From a phage, in NCBI GenBank assembly GCA_018509705.1, contig GCA_018509705.1_3630.1: DNA of 64,000 nt. One strand, 5' to 3'. Positions 20,648 to 30,378 of this stretch are shown piece by piece (the first letter of the stretch is position 1; each line of letters opens with the position of its first letter). The notes beneath the pieces were generated by a model. The model was not told where the DNA came from. It made no database searches and saw only the letters and a list, made by a program, of their open reading frames with translations. Both the position numbers and the translations under genes were made by a program.

Positions 20648-20676
20648 ATTTTACCATGATTATGGTGCATTGTCAA
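20648..20676 (-). promoter_or_regulatory. sigma70-like promoter (TTGACA-17-TAAAAT) flanked by a 9-bp inverted repeat
   Basis: Reverse strand reads TTGACA, 17-nt spacer, TAAAAT; inverted repeat atgcaccat / atggtgcat at about 20631-20639 and 20662-20670. Confidence 0.4.
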
Positions 20677-20717
20677 TTTAACCTTTCAAGCAATTCAAGA
20701 ACGTGTGTCAAAACCAT

Positions 20718-20750
20718 AAAAGCAAAAAGCCACACCCGAAGGTGAGGCTT
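20718..20750 (-). terminator. hairpin plus T-run terminator after the putative tube gene
   Basis: gcctcacc ttcg ggtgtggc hairpin followed by TTTTTGCTTTT on the minus strand. Confidence 0.45.
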
Positions 20751-20766
20751 ATGCTAAAGTGTGCCC

Positions 20767-21240
20767 TTAAATAATACCTGCAAGACCTGCGAGGCCAGTA
20801 AGAGCACCAGTGATGTTATCACGGTTGAGCCATGCATCCAGAATACCGATATCCCAGTCCAGTTGACCTACTTCGGTTCCGTAAGTCAGGTCAGGCTGTT
20901 TCTGGATCCAACCGATTGTGGAAATACCAGGGCCCTGGCTACCTTCCAGCAGAACCGGGAAGAATACCAGGCCAGTAATAGATGCCTGTTTCTGCCAGTC
21001 AGAAAGGTAAGCGTTCCATACAGAAGTGTTCTGCAAAGATACAGTCATAACACCGGATTGGTTACGGGACAGAGCCGCAGACATTTCACCATCCACACCG
21101 ACGTGAGGATAAATGTTGTCTTCGTTTCTTGAAACAACAATCTTGGTGTCAGCAGCGAAGCCAGTGACACGCTGCTGCATCAGATACAGTTTGACCTTTT
21201 TAGGGTCATACGCATAAGGAGTTAAAATTTGAGTTTCCAT
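20767..21240 (-). CDS. putative tail tube protein
   Basis: 157-aa ORF directly downstream of the 458-aa putative sheath gene; assignment by size and order only. Confidence 0.4.
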   Translation of the reverse strand: METQILTPYAYDPKKVKLYLMQQRVTGFAADTKIVVSRNEDNIYPHVGVDGEMSAALSRNQSGVMTVSLQNTSVWNAYLSDWQKQASITGLVFFPVLLEGSQGPGISTIGWIQKQPDLTYGTEVGQLDWDIGILDAWLNRDNITGALTGLAGLAGII

Positions 21241-21250
21241 CTAGGCTTCC

Positions 21251-22627
21251 TTATTCAGTCATTGCAACAGCATTGGTGGATTTAGAACCAACTTTGTCCA
21301 GAAGGACGTTGATCCGGATACGGACGAAGTGCAGGGCGTTGTTATACACCAGTTCTACTTTCACGCCTTCCAGAACACGAGCAGCCAACTGATTGGTTGG
21401 GATTTCTGCACGTTTAGGAACTGTGATGATCGGGTCGTAGAATACATTATTGTCTTCGTCGAAACCTGTCAGGATCGCACCATTCTTAATGCCAGTGTTG
21501 ATTGGGTTGTTCATCAGGACAGACTTGATAACCGGAAGATCATCATCAGACATCTTCATGCTTAAACCCATGTTGGAGCGACGATGCATGTACCCAAACA
21601 TAGATTCTTCAGATCTGAACTTGATCCAGTGTGCAAAACGAATAGCGTCTGCATACTGACCTGAAGCACACTTACCTTCCCAGAAAGCGCCAACACCGTT
21701 AATCATTCTGTAGAAGTTAACGTGGTTTTCCCAAATAGCCATACGCTGAGTTAAAGTCAGAGACGGTGCAATCACACCTGGCATCTGTTTTAAGTGCAAG
21801 CTGTCGCCGTAAGACGGATCGTTGGATGCCATAGCACCTATGATACCACCCTCCGGGAAGTCCTTATCTGCACGAGGATCGTACATGCCAACACTGTCAT
21901 ATTGTGCAGCCATCAGTTTGGTGGCGATGTTATTATCTTTGCCAGTCACATCTTCTGCAGTAGAGTAGACATGCAGCTTGTAGTTAGCCTGAGCCCACTT
22001 CGCACATGCTTCAATGTCGGTGTGGTCTTCATGGCACAGGAAGTACCAATTGTCACGCTCAGCATTGATCTTATCAACTACTGTAGAAGGTTTTTCAGCA
22101 TTGGCGATATTTTTGATTGTATAGTTACCAGTATGATAACCAACAGTACAGTCACCCGTGATGGTGAGAACACCGTCTTCAGCCGCTACAGTGATATCGT
22201 CCAAGTTATCATCTGCTTCGATTTTAGTCTTCATGGACTCTGCAATCTGAGTTGCACCTGTTCCACCAGAGATAGGCACTATCAGAGAAGTATTGTAGCC
22301 ACCTTTTGCAATAGTCATTACGACATCGGTATCAGCTGCGGCAGCAATACCTTTAAAATCTACAGTGGTTTTTTCTTTTGCCTGTCTGCCGATCATAACA
22401 TACTGCGGAGGGAATACACCGCCGAAAGCTTTTGCTGCAAACTCATAAGCTGCAGAGCCTTGTGCGAAACCGTCTTCCACCATCTGATCCAGCTCAGCAT
22501 ATACACGAGCTCGCTCAGTAAAGTTGTTGTGGATAGCGATGAACAGCGGAGTTTCGAAACCTACAGTGTCAATAGGCTGGGTTCCGAGGTTAACTGTAAC
22601 ATCTACCACTTTATCTAAATATGGCAT
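21251..22627 (-). CDS. putative tail sheath protein (458 aa)
   Basis: Size and position upstream of tube, chaperone and tape measure genes; could instead be a long major tail protein. Confidence 0.4.
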   Translation of the reverse strand: MPYLDKVVDVTVNLGTQPIDTVGFETPLFIAIHNNFTERARVYAELDQMVEDGFAQGSAAYEFAAKAFGGVFPPQYVMIGRQAKEKTTVDFKGIAAAADTDVVMTIAKGGYNTSLIVPISGGTGATQIAESMKTKIEADDNLDDITVAAEDGVLTITGDCTVGYHTGNYTIKNIANAEKPSTVVDKINAERDNWYFLCHEDHTDIEACAKWAQANYKLHVYSTAEDVTGKDNNIATKLMAAQYDSVGMYDPRADKDFPEGGIIGAMASNDPSYGDSLHLKQMPGVIAPSLTLTQRMAIWENHVNFYRMINGVGAFWEGKCASGQYADAIRFAHWIKFRSEESMFGYMHRRSNMGLSMKMSDDDLPVIKSVLMNNPINTGIKNGAILTGFDEDNNVFYDPIITVPKRAEIPTNQLAARVLEGVKVELVYNNALHFVRIRINVLLDKVGSKSTNAVAMTE

Positions 22628-22699
22628 TTGTTTCCTCTTAATATCTGTGCACGGATATCAAACACGCAGTGTAATCATTACACTACACAATTATAACGA

Positions 22700-23251
22700 T
22701 TACTGACCACTGTCTGTAACCGCTTTACCAGAATTGGGTGAAGGGAAGTGTGTGGTTATTTCAGCCTTAATTCCCTGAAGATCCTCAAAAGCCCCAATGT
22801 CTGTTTCAACAAACCTTACGTTAAATGTCAGCATCACAGTGGCTCTATTTTCATACGTCTGCTTATTCAACGGCACTCTTTGAGGTGAGATTGTTGAATT
22901 GTTAGAGTAGGCAAAGCACGATCCCAGAGGGAAATACTTGTCATAAAACATTGGAAGGTTTATTGCTTGCAATACTCTGCTAAGTGCAGCATATGCTCTG
23001 CCACGATAAGCTGTTAACAGATAAGTAACAGTGTAACTGTGGGTGACGTAAGCATTACCCTCTGCATCTTGAAACTCATTATCTTCCCAAGTTGTGGGAT
23101 TGATCGCCAAGGTTTGTAAAAGTACAAACTCACCTTCCGGCTTCGGTATGGTAGAGCTTTCTGCCAGAACTACAGTTCTTCCTGTGGCAACCTTGACGAG
23201 CTTAGCAATGGTTGTTTCAAGATCAGAAAAAACTTTTTCGAAAGCTTCCAT
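22700..23251 (-). CDS. hypothetical head-tail joining / tail completion protein
   Basis: ORF track; context between capsid and tail genes. Confidence 0.3.
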   Translation of the reverse strand: MEAFEKVFSDLETTIAKLVKVATGRTVVLAESSTIPKPEGEFVLLQTLAINPTTWEDNEFQDAEGNAYVTHSYTVTYLLTAYRGRAYAALSRVLQAINLPMFYDKYFPLGSCFAYSNNSTISPQRVPLNKQTYENRATVMLTFNVRFVETDIGAFEDLQGIKAEITTHFPSPNSGKAVTDSGQ

Positions 23252-23676
23252 CAGTTTTCTCCTTCAGGCTCTTCTACTACAAAAAATCTATATCTCCCAC
23301 CACCAGAGGTAACATATGCATCGCATTTTAAAACGGTAAACCATTTCAAGTCACCACGAATGTCAGGAAGTTGAATTTGATCAGCCATTGCATATGTCCC
23401 TTCATCCGGACTATACAACTTGGTTGAAGAGTAAACTGTAAAAGCCTCGTACTGTCTGTCACCTTCAGGGTTTATTTGAGAGGAGTAATCTTTAGCTGCC
23501 CTTCCTGTCAACGGCTGCACAACACACTCTAAGACATCAAACTCTTCATACTCAAGTTCTAACCCCTCGTTGGCAAAAGGGCCACCAACTGTTTTGTTAT
23601 ACACTCTGTGGCGACCTTTGAATGTTTTACGAGGTATTAGTCTGTTCTTTCCTATCAGCTTATAACCTGCTGCCAC
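23251..23676 (-). CDS. hypothetical head-tail connector protein
   Basis: ORF track; stop/start overlap with neighbour. Confidence 0.3.
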   Translation of the reverse strand: MAAGYKLIGKNRLIPRKTFKGRHRVYNKTVGGPFANEGLELEYEEFDVLECVVQPLTGRAAKDYSSQINPEGDRQYEAFTVYSSTKLYSPDEGTYAMADQIQLPDIRGDLKWFTVLKCDAYVTSGGGRYRFFVVEEPEGEN

Positions 23677-23691
23677 TCAACCCCCTTATTT

Positions 23692-24162
23692 TTACTGTCC
23701 GATTTTAAAGGTTGCAGATTCAAGCAGCACATCGTAATGCCGCATAGCCTCGTTGAAGCCCTTTTCTTGTGCCCACTGCTCACTAACAGTAGGATTACTA
23801 AACTGCCCAGCCTCAATAACAAACTGGATAGCTTTGGCCCCTGTGTCCCCCATCTGCTTAAGAATAGCCTCTGCACTTGATCCTCTAGCCATAGCTCTCA
23901 ACAATTTTTCTGTCAAGGTCTGTAGTTGAGTACTATGAAATGCAAAGGCTGTCTCCATGAAATTGCGAACAGGCAGCCCGTTCCAACCGAAGTTGTGAAT
24001 GGCTGCCAATGTTGCCATATTTAAGCCTGACGGGTGAGGTTCGTCATAAAAGCCGTAGGTTATTGTTTTACTTTCAAGTCTCACAAGTTCTTTGTAGAAG
24101 CGATCTAAACGCTTTAGGTTGAACCTTGTTTGACATTTAACCTTTAGCATTATATCCCTCAC
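23692..24162 (-). CDS. hypothetical head-tail connector protein
   Basis: ORF track; context. Confidence 0.3.
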   Translation of the reverse strand: MRDIMLKVKCQTRFNLKRLDRFYKELVRLESKTITYGFYDEPHPSGLNMATLAAIHNFGWNGLPVRNFMETAFAFHSTQLQTLTEKLLRAMARGSSAEAILKQMGDTGAKAIQFVIEAGQFSNPTVSEQWAQEKGFNEAMRHYDVLLESATFKIGQ

Positions 24163-24203
24163 TAATGTATTTTACCACAAAGATACATCAAAAGCAACAA
24201 TTT

Positions 24204-24881
24204 TTAAAAACTGCGTTTGCGTCTTGGGTGGCGAGGAGGTTGGTTATTTAGACCACTGATAGGTGTAATCCCCTGGACATCGAACGGTCCGTTGCTGTTT
24301 TCATTAAATTTAACCCGAATTCCTTCGTCTACACGAACACCACCAATGATAATCATTCTGCTGTAAGCATCTAGCTCAGAATCTACATAGTCTGGGTGTG
24401 CCAGCAGCCAATCAAGGAAATCCTTCCATTGGGCGTAGGAAGATCCACCACGAATCTCTATGGTCTCATCACCTATTTTTTCCAGACGGGAAGTTATACT
24501 TGCATTACCACTGGACACTTCCTGCATCATCAGCCACCGCACAAGCTGCACAAGCACATTGTACTTAAGCAGGGGCAGCTTATCAGGATCTGCCGGATAA
24601 TTTAGTTTCAACTTCTCCATGTCAAGGAATGTTTTAATTACCTCATCAGGGAGGGTTTCCTCATCAACATTGCCAAGTAACAACCTCATAATATTAATAA
24701 GAGGTTGGTCTGGATCAGGTTCCGGAGGTACAGGATCTTCTTTTGGTGGTTCTTCTGGGGTATCGACTACACCATCATGGTTAGGCGGTGACGGGATAAT
24801 CTCTTCATCTTCATACCATGCCATTTGAAAATACCTCGTAAAAATAAAGCCCCATTCCTGATTTGGAAGGGGCCTTAACAA
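24204..24881 (-). CDS. hypothetical head completion protein (acidic N-terminus)
   Basis: ORF track; context. Confidence 0.3.
   Translation of the reverse strand: MLRPLPNQEWGFIFTRYFQMAWYEDEEIIPSPPNHDGVVDTPEEPPKEDPVPPEPDPDQPLINIMRLLLGNVDEETLPDEVIKTFLDMEKLKLNYPADPDKLPLLKYNVLVQLVRWLMMQEVSSGNASITSRLEKIGDETIEIRGGSSYAQWKDFLDWLLAHPDYVDSELDAYSRMIIIGGVRVDEGIRVKFNENSNGPFDVQGITPISGLNNQPPRHPRRKRSF
24841..24873 (-). terminator. hairpin plus T-run terminator
   Basis: gccccttcc aaatcagg aatggggc hairpin followed by TTTATTTT on the minus strand. Confidence 0.45.
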
Positions 24882-24883
24882 AA

Positions 24884-25711
24884 TTATGCCAGTGCAGCCT
24901 CAAAATCTTTCATCATATTTTGGAAAGTTTTTGCCTTACTTAAGGTAACACCGTACTCTTTAGCGAAGGCTTGAAGTGCATCTTTTGAACCACTTTTGTC
25001 ATCTTCGTTGTTAAGAGCTGCGGCCTGTTTAAGGATTTCATCCTTATTCTCAATGGCTACAAATGAGGAAGAGGATACAGTCACATCTTGCGGATCTGCT
25101 ACAGTAACTTCACCGTCACCACCAGGTTCAGTAGGACCTACAGGCGGCTCCGGCTCTGGTTCAGGCGGTGGGGCTATCGTAGAGACCAGTCCAAGATTTA
25201 CAACCTGAGAACGTTTCTTAGGCCACTCAATGGTGAAAGTTTGGGTATCTTCTTCATAAACAATGTTGCATTGCTCATCGTTTATGGTCACTTTTTTAGG
25301 CATCCCTACAGGGTCCCATAGATGGCCCTCTGCCACGGAAACTTGGAAAGCAGCATCTACCTCTTTAAACACTGAAGGAGTTAGTGTGATATTGACATCC
25401 CCGCTTTGCAGTGTTAAAGTGCTTTCATCAAGGTTCTCTGTGAAGAACAGAAGAATAACACCCATACGGATAGTTGAAATACCAGTATCAATTGGCAGGC
25501 CTGTGTGTTTTGCAATCTTCTCGAAGAAGTCTACAATCGTTCTGCATGGATAGTGAACACTGCCAATAACGAACTCTGTTGGTGGCAGCAGGGCTGATAA
25601 ACCAACATTGATTTCTGGATTATATTGTGCTAAAAATTGATAAAAACTTAACTGATTGTTGAAAACTCTTAATAGAGGATCATACTCAACTGGATATACG
25701 GCTCTCTTCAC
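24884..25711 (-). CDS. hypothetical virion protein with Pro/Glu-rich linker (PPPEPEPEPP)
   Basis: ORF track; directly downstream of the major capsid gene. Confidence 0.3.
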   Translation of the reverse strand: MKRAVYPVEYDPLLRVFNNQLSFYQFLAQYNPEINVGLSALLPPTEFVIGSVHYPCRTIVDFFEKIAKHTGLPIDTGISTIRMGVILLFFTENLDESTLTLQSGDVNITLTPSVFKEVDAAFQVSVAEGHLWDPVGMPKKVTINDEQCNIVYEEDTQTFTIEWPKKRSQVVNLGLVSTIAPPPEPEPEPPVGPTEPGGDGEVTVADPQDVTVSSSSFVAIENKDEILKQAAALNNEDDKSGSKDALQAFAKEYGVTLSKAKTFQNMMKDFEAALA

Positions 25712-25726
25712 GGGACACTCCTGTTA

Positions 25727-25766
25727 AACCCTAATAAATAAAAAGGGGAGGGGAGAACCCCCTCCC
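25727..25766 (-). terminator. strong hairpin plus T-run terminator after the major capsid gene
   Basis: ggggagggggttctcccctcccc hairpin followed by TTTTTATTTATT on the minus strand. Confidence 0.6.
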
Positions 25767-25791
25767 CATATGGGATGAATCACCTTAGTGA

Positions 25792-26799
25792 TTATTCACC
25801 TTTCAGAGTTGCTTTAACAACCAGCTCTGGACGGGTGTTAACTGCCAGCATGGAAGTTTCAGATTCAATCTTCTCTTCACGCAGGTATGCAGAGTGTTTA
25901 TACCACATGTACAGTTCCTGTGCTGGAGTGTTTGCTTCGTTAACATCGTCTGCCGGAGCAAAGTGCAGCTGGAACATCTGATCAATACCCATCGGCAGAA
26001 TGCGAGCTTCTTTCTTAGGAATATTGCCAGAGATATCTTCGATAAAGGTGATACCTTTATGCTCAAACACACGGTATACGCTGTCTTGACCGCCAGCACC
26101 CAGACGGCGACGCAGAGGTTCCTGAGCAGAGCCGTAATAGGTGTATGCCAGTTCTACCAGCGGGTGATGAGTAACAGCACTGAAGAACTCCGGTGAGCAC
26201 AGAGCTACAATGCGATAGCCAGCTGCGTTATCACCAGCTTGCAGTGCGATGTGCAGACGAGCTTCTTCCAGAACCTCCATAGGATCCTGATCTGCTTTTG
26301 CAGGGTCGATCTCAACAGACTTCTGAGACACACCCCACAGAGTGTAGTAATCATACTGACAGGTGGTGTCACCAGGTGCATAGGATTTACCCAGAATAGC
26401 CTGGAACAGCGCTTTCTCACGCAGTGCTTCATGAGAAACACGGATACGGCGAACAACGCGGGTTACTACGTCCTGAACAGTTTTCGGAGCATCAGGAGTG
26501 AAGTAACGACGGAAGTTCTGAACATCTGCGGCAGTGATGCCTTTGTCCAGAGGGAAGAACGGGATGTTCAGGTTTTTAACCTGAGCACGTTCACTACCAA
26601 CGTAGTTACGCTCACCACCACGACGGCGTGCCGGAATGTCGGTTACAACTTCATCAACACGCTCAATCTGAGCAATTGTTGAGGTGCCGAGACGGGTTTC
26701 GAACAGATCCATACCAGTAATCAGGCGGAATTGACGTGGAACAAGGTCCAGAGTAGCACCTAAATCAACAATGCCAAATTCATCTTTACGAGTAATCAT
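25792..26799 (-). CDS. major capsid protein (335 aa)
   Basis: Size, position after scaffold/decoration-like genes, strong terminator downstream; no sequence search done. Confidence 0.55.
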   Translation of the reverse strand: MITRKDEFGIVDLGATLDLVPRQFRLITGMDLFETRLGTSTIAQIERVDEVVTDIPARRRGGERNYVGSERAQVKNLNIPFFPLDKGITAADVQNFRRYFTPDAPKTVQDVVTRVVRRIRVSHEALREKALFQAILGKSYAPGDTTCQYDYYTLWGVSQKSVEIDPAKADQDPMEVLEEARLHIALQAGDNAAGYRIVALCSPEFFSAVTHHPLVELAYTYYGSAQEPLRRRLGAGGQDSVYRVFEHKGITFIEDISGNIPKKEARILPMGIDQMFQLHFAPADDVNEANTPAQELYMWYKHSAYLREEKIESETSMLAVNTRPELVVKATLKGE

Positions 26800-26847
26800 T
26801 TATTTCTCCAAAGTAAAACTTAAATATTTTCCCGAACAATTTAGGAC

Positions 26848-27237
26848 TTACTCTTCACCAAGAGTCTGGACGTGAACTTTGTTACCCAGAGCTTCCAGCT
26901 TTTCAAGAACAGCCTGCTTAGCTGCTTCACCGTTAGACCCCAGCAGCTTATCTTTTGCAAAGGTAACACCGTGAACTGCAACAACCAGTTTATATTTCTG
27001 ACCTGTTTGCAGAGGCTCAGCAAGATGAACTTTTCCTGCATCTTTTACCAAAGCTCGGTCTACAAGAACACCATAAACGTCTGAGCCATCATCGTTAGCG
27101 ATAGTGCCAGTTTTTGTTACAACAGTACCCGCATGGTGGTGCTCTGTCAGTGTAATTTCCATCTCTTTAAAATTGTAGCCAGCATCGCTAGAATCAACTT
27201 TGCCGAGCACGATATCAGAATATTGAGCGGTAATCAT
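26848..27237 (-). CDS. putative capsid decoration protein
   Basis: 129-aa ORF immediately upstream of the major capsid gene. Confidence 0.3.
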   Translation of the reverse strand: MITAQYSDIVLGKVDSSDAGYNFKEMEITLTEHHHAGTVVTKTGTIANDDGSDVYGVLVDRALVKDAGKVHLAEPLQTGQKYKLVVAVHGVTFAKDKLLGSNGEAAKQAVLEKLEALGNKVHVQTLGEE

Positions 27238-27257
27238 TTATTTCCCCCGTTAATGTC

Positions 27258-28235
27258 TTATTTGTTAGATTCTGCACGTGCACGAGCAAGTGCTTTTGCA
27301 ACGTTTTCAGCAAGAATTTCTTCTGCGGATTTCGCAATATCATCCACAACAGGTTCGCCATCATTACCATGTTCAGTGGTGGCAAACTCTTCTTTAGTTT
27401 TATGCACCTCTGCTTCCAGCTCTTCAATTTTTGCTTGAGCTTTCTCCAGCATAGCTACGATAGGTTCGTTAGCTTTTTCCAGCATGAAGTTAACCAGGGT
27501 TGCGTGATCTTCTTCACCAACAAAGCTTAAAGCTTGAGCCTTAGTCAGCATTTTAGCTTTTTCAACTTCAACCTGGGCCTTGATGATTTCTTCAGCTTTA
27601 CTCTGGGTTGCTTTCAGCTCTTCTACTTGCTTCAGCAGATCCAGATACTCTTTAGTTTTGGTTACGTCCACCGGATTCTCCTCGGTATTTGCGGATTTTG
27701 CAACATCATCCACCTCGGTAGTTTTATCCACCTCAGCAGGTTCCTGTACCGCCTTGATCAGGTTCCCTTCTTTATCGAAGAGATCAGCGGTTACTTGTTC
27801 AAAAATCTGTTGTGTTTTTAACAGGCTGTATTGATCTACCACACTAAGCTGCTTGCCTTCTTTTGCAGCTTTATGAATGGTCACGTTATCACAACGCTCT
27901 TCCAGCCATGCAATACAAGACTCTGCGTCAGCTTGCGCCCATTCCCAATCAGGATGCTCTTTAGCCCAAGCCTCCTCTTCAATCTCAAAACCAAGCATGT
28001 GTGCAAGTGCTTTAGCATCATCATACCACATATCGAAGAAACGACGCAGGTATTCTTCAAAACTAAGCTCCACAGTAACTTGGCGAAGTGCCTTAACAAT
28101 GTCGTCTGTTAACTGCTCAGGCTTAAGATCACTCTTCATTAAAAGAGATACAGGTCTGTTGTTAGCGCTATAGCCTTGCGCCTTATGGCACAGGGCAATC
28201 CCCTTCTCTTTAATAGTAATCGTTTTTTCAGACAT
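27258..28235 (-). CDS. putative scaffolding protein
   Basis: 325-aa acidic, coiled-coil-rich protein between portal and capsid genes. Confidence 0.45.
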   Translation of the reverse strand: MSEKTITIKEKGIALCHKAQGYSANNRPVSLLMKSDLKPEQLTDDIVKALRQVTVELSFEEYLRRFFDMWYDDAKALAHMLGFEIEEEAWAKEHPDWEWAQADAESCIAWLEERCDNVTIHKAAKEGKQLSVVDQYSLLKTQQIFEQVTADLFDKEGNLIKAVQEPAEVDKTTEVDDVAKSANTEENPVDVTKTKEYLDLLKQVEELKATQSKAEEIIKAQVEVEKAKMLTKAQALSFVGEEDHATLVNFMLEKANEPIVAMLEKAQAKIEELEAEVHKTKEEFATTEHGNDGEPVVDDIAKSAEEILAENVAKALARARAESNK

Positions 28236-28666
28236 TATTCATTGCCCTCTTCTACAACACTGATTCCGAAGTTTACGTTGGTAATTTCACCAGTTTCTTC
28301 ATCAACATTACCTGTTGCCTGAATGCTTAGGCCACCAACAATGCCAGCCTTCTTAGCTTCCCATAGTTCAGGATTATTGTATTTAACTTTAGCAACCCAA
28401 GAGCCAGCCTTGATGACCTGCTCAGTGCCAATTACTACAACATCAAACTCTTCTTGAATCCACGTCTTTTCAATAGTGAAAGCATCTGTAGAGGTCAAGT
28501 GAAAAAGGTTTTCAGAAACTAGGCCTGCGGCGTATGCTGCGTCCCAGTTATCTTTAGCCTTTTTGATGGTGTCTTTACTCATCCACTCACCGTGAGCATC
28601 TTTAGTGTCAGGCTCGTAGATGATTTCGTAGGAAATCATTTCTTCCTGTGGCATCTTATTCCCCAT
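28235..28666 (-). CDS. hypothetical head morphogenesis protein
   Basis: Track ORF 28235-28810 overlaps the portal gene; start placed at the first ATG (MGNKMPQEEM...) downstream of the portal stop. Confidence 0.3.
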   Translation of the reverse strand: MGNKMPQEEMISYEIIYEPDTKDAHGEWMSKDTIKKAKDNWDAAYAAGLVSENLFHLTSTDAFTIEKTWIQEEFDVVVIGTEQVIKAGSWVAKVKYNNPELWEAKKAGIVGGLSIQATGNVDEETGEITNVNFGISVVEEGNE

Positions 28667-28721
28667 GTGGATTATTTTATCACGCCAAAGGAGGTTTTGC
28701 AACCCCCTGTGTTGATAATTT

Positions 28722-30278
28722 TTAATTTTCCATGTTGGATATGGAATTATCTCTGGTTGATGACATCTTAGAAGTGCCGTTACCAGTGGATCCTGCAGCC
28801 ATTCCATCACCAGCCCTACTGATGTCCTGGCCCAAGAGCTTCATCAGCTCTTCCTGATCCATGTCCTCGTCAAATCTTTCATCAAACCCGCCTACTTCAA
28901 GAATCTTATTAATTACTGCAGGAGTTTTTGGCAAGTAACCTACAGCACCGATCCTCTGGACAAATTTGGAGAAGCTCTCCATGTCCACCTCTTCAATCAG
29001 ACCAGGTTTCAGTTTAGGCATATCATCATCTTCAAGGATGATACCATTCAATGCCAGAAGCTGTGGAATAAGATCCTTATTGAAGGCTTCAGTGATAATA
29101 TCTATATCACGCTGAACAAAATGACCATGGATAGACTGTTTTGACTCAGACAGAGAGAAGGATCCAACGTTATCGTTACCGAGGTTAATAAAGCCAGCAC
29201 CGAAACGGTCAAGAATCGCCTTCTTACGGGCATCAATCAAATCTTTAGTCGAATACTGCTTACCCATACCATCAACCCCCTTCAGGGTCATGGAGTAAAG
29301 CTCTTTACCAGACTTATCTCTATCAGACGGAAGTATAAAGAAACTTTGCTCACCACTATGGGCGTTTGCTGCGTCAAGCATAAGGTCTGCAACCATTCTC
29401 CCTTCCATTGAATTCGGGTCAATGCTGGCCTTGTTCAAAATATTGGAAGGAATTTTCAGCTCAAGCACGCCACCAAGGTCTTTGGAACAGCCAACAACCT
29501 CAAGGTTTTCAATCAGAACTTTCTCACGGAAAGATCTGTAGCAACCTATCATCGGTGACACACCTGCAGGGTTAGATTCTGTTCCTGACAGGGTCATGAG
29601 CATAAGCTTTTTAGCAGGGATGAAAATTTCAGGCTCATTAAAGCCTTTTGAAGGCATTGCAGCAAGAGGTCCAGCCCAGCGTGCATTCTGAGTGTTTAGA
29701 AATGCATTAGGTGACTGATAAATACCTGTCAGTGTTCTACTATTCTTGTCAAAAACAAACGGCTCTGATCTGGACAGGCTGGCCTGAGGTCGGAATGCAA
29801 TTTTATCAATAAGAAGCATCCCGGCATATTTACCTTCTTTCTCTCTGCGGTATACTTTCTCAAACAGTGAAAAACCATACTCGTTAAAGGTAGCTGCGCT
29901 TCTTGCAATATCTCGAAGAGTTTGTTGGTTTGCCAAATTACGCAAAGAATACTCTATAAGCTCGGCAGCTTTCTTAGAGTCTTCACTTTTAACATTATAA
30001 AGGATCTTAAAATCATTGAATGCTTTCGTGATGAAAACATATTTTGTATCTAAGGCAGTAGCAACTGTGGAATCACATTTCATAGTCTCCACTGTGGCAA
30101 TCAGCTGAGGCCAACGCAATTCCTCAACCATCATAGATTGCGATTCTGCCATAATTTGGGAAAGTGCGCCAGAACCGATCTCACTCATACGAACATTATG
30201 AGTTGGTGCGCCTGCGTTCCCAGATTTATTCACAGTTTTGGCTGTGGCGTTGTGTTTCCTGCGGTTCTTTTTGGACAC
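28722..30278 (-). CDS. portal protein (518 aa)
   Basis: Size and position directly downstream of the terminase large subunit. Confidence 0.5.
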   Translation of the reverse strand: MSKKNRRKHNATAKTVNKSGNAGAPTHNVRMSEIGSGALSQIMAESQSMMVEELRWPQLIATVETMKCDSTVATALDTKYVFITKAFNDFKILYNVKSEDSKKAAELIEYSLRNLANQQTLRDIARSAATFNEYGFSLFEKVYRREKEGKYAGMLLIDKIAFRPQASLSRSEPFVFDKNSRTLTGIYQSPNAFLNTQNARWAGPLAAMPSKGFNEPEIFIPAKKLMLMTLSGTESNPAGVSPMIGCYRSFREKVLIENLEVVGCSKDLGGVLELKIPSNILNKASIDPNSMEGRMVADLMLDAANAHSGEQSFFILPSDRDKSGKELYSMTLKGVDGMGKQYSTKDLIDARKKAILDRFGAGFINLGNDNVGSFSLSESKQSIHGHFVQRDIDIITEAFNKDLIPQLLALNGIILEDDDMPKLKPGLIEEVDMESFSKFVQRIGAVGYLPKTPAVINKILEVGGFDERFDEDMDQEELMKLLGQDISRAGDGMAAGSTGNGTSKMSSTRDNSISNMEN

Positions 30279-30378
30279 AAGCTTTACCCCTCAAAACAGT
30301 ATAACAAAATAGCCCTCGTCAGAGGGCTAGTATCTCCAATTACTTTATTGTACCACATCTAATTAAGATTGGCAACAC

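Noticed and set aside
25792-27237. Specific assignment of the capsid and decoration proteins to the lambda E/D families
   Set aside because: Gene order resembles lambda, but I could not confirm sequence similarity by eye; left as generic calls.
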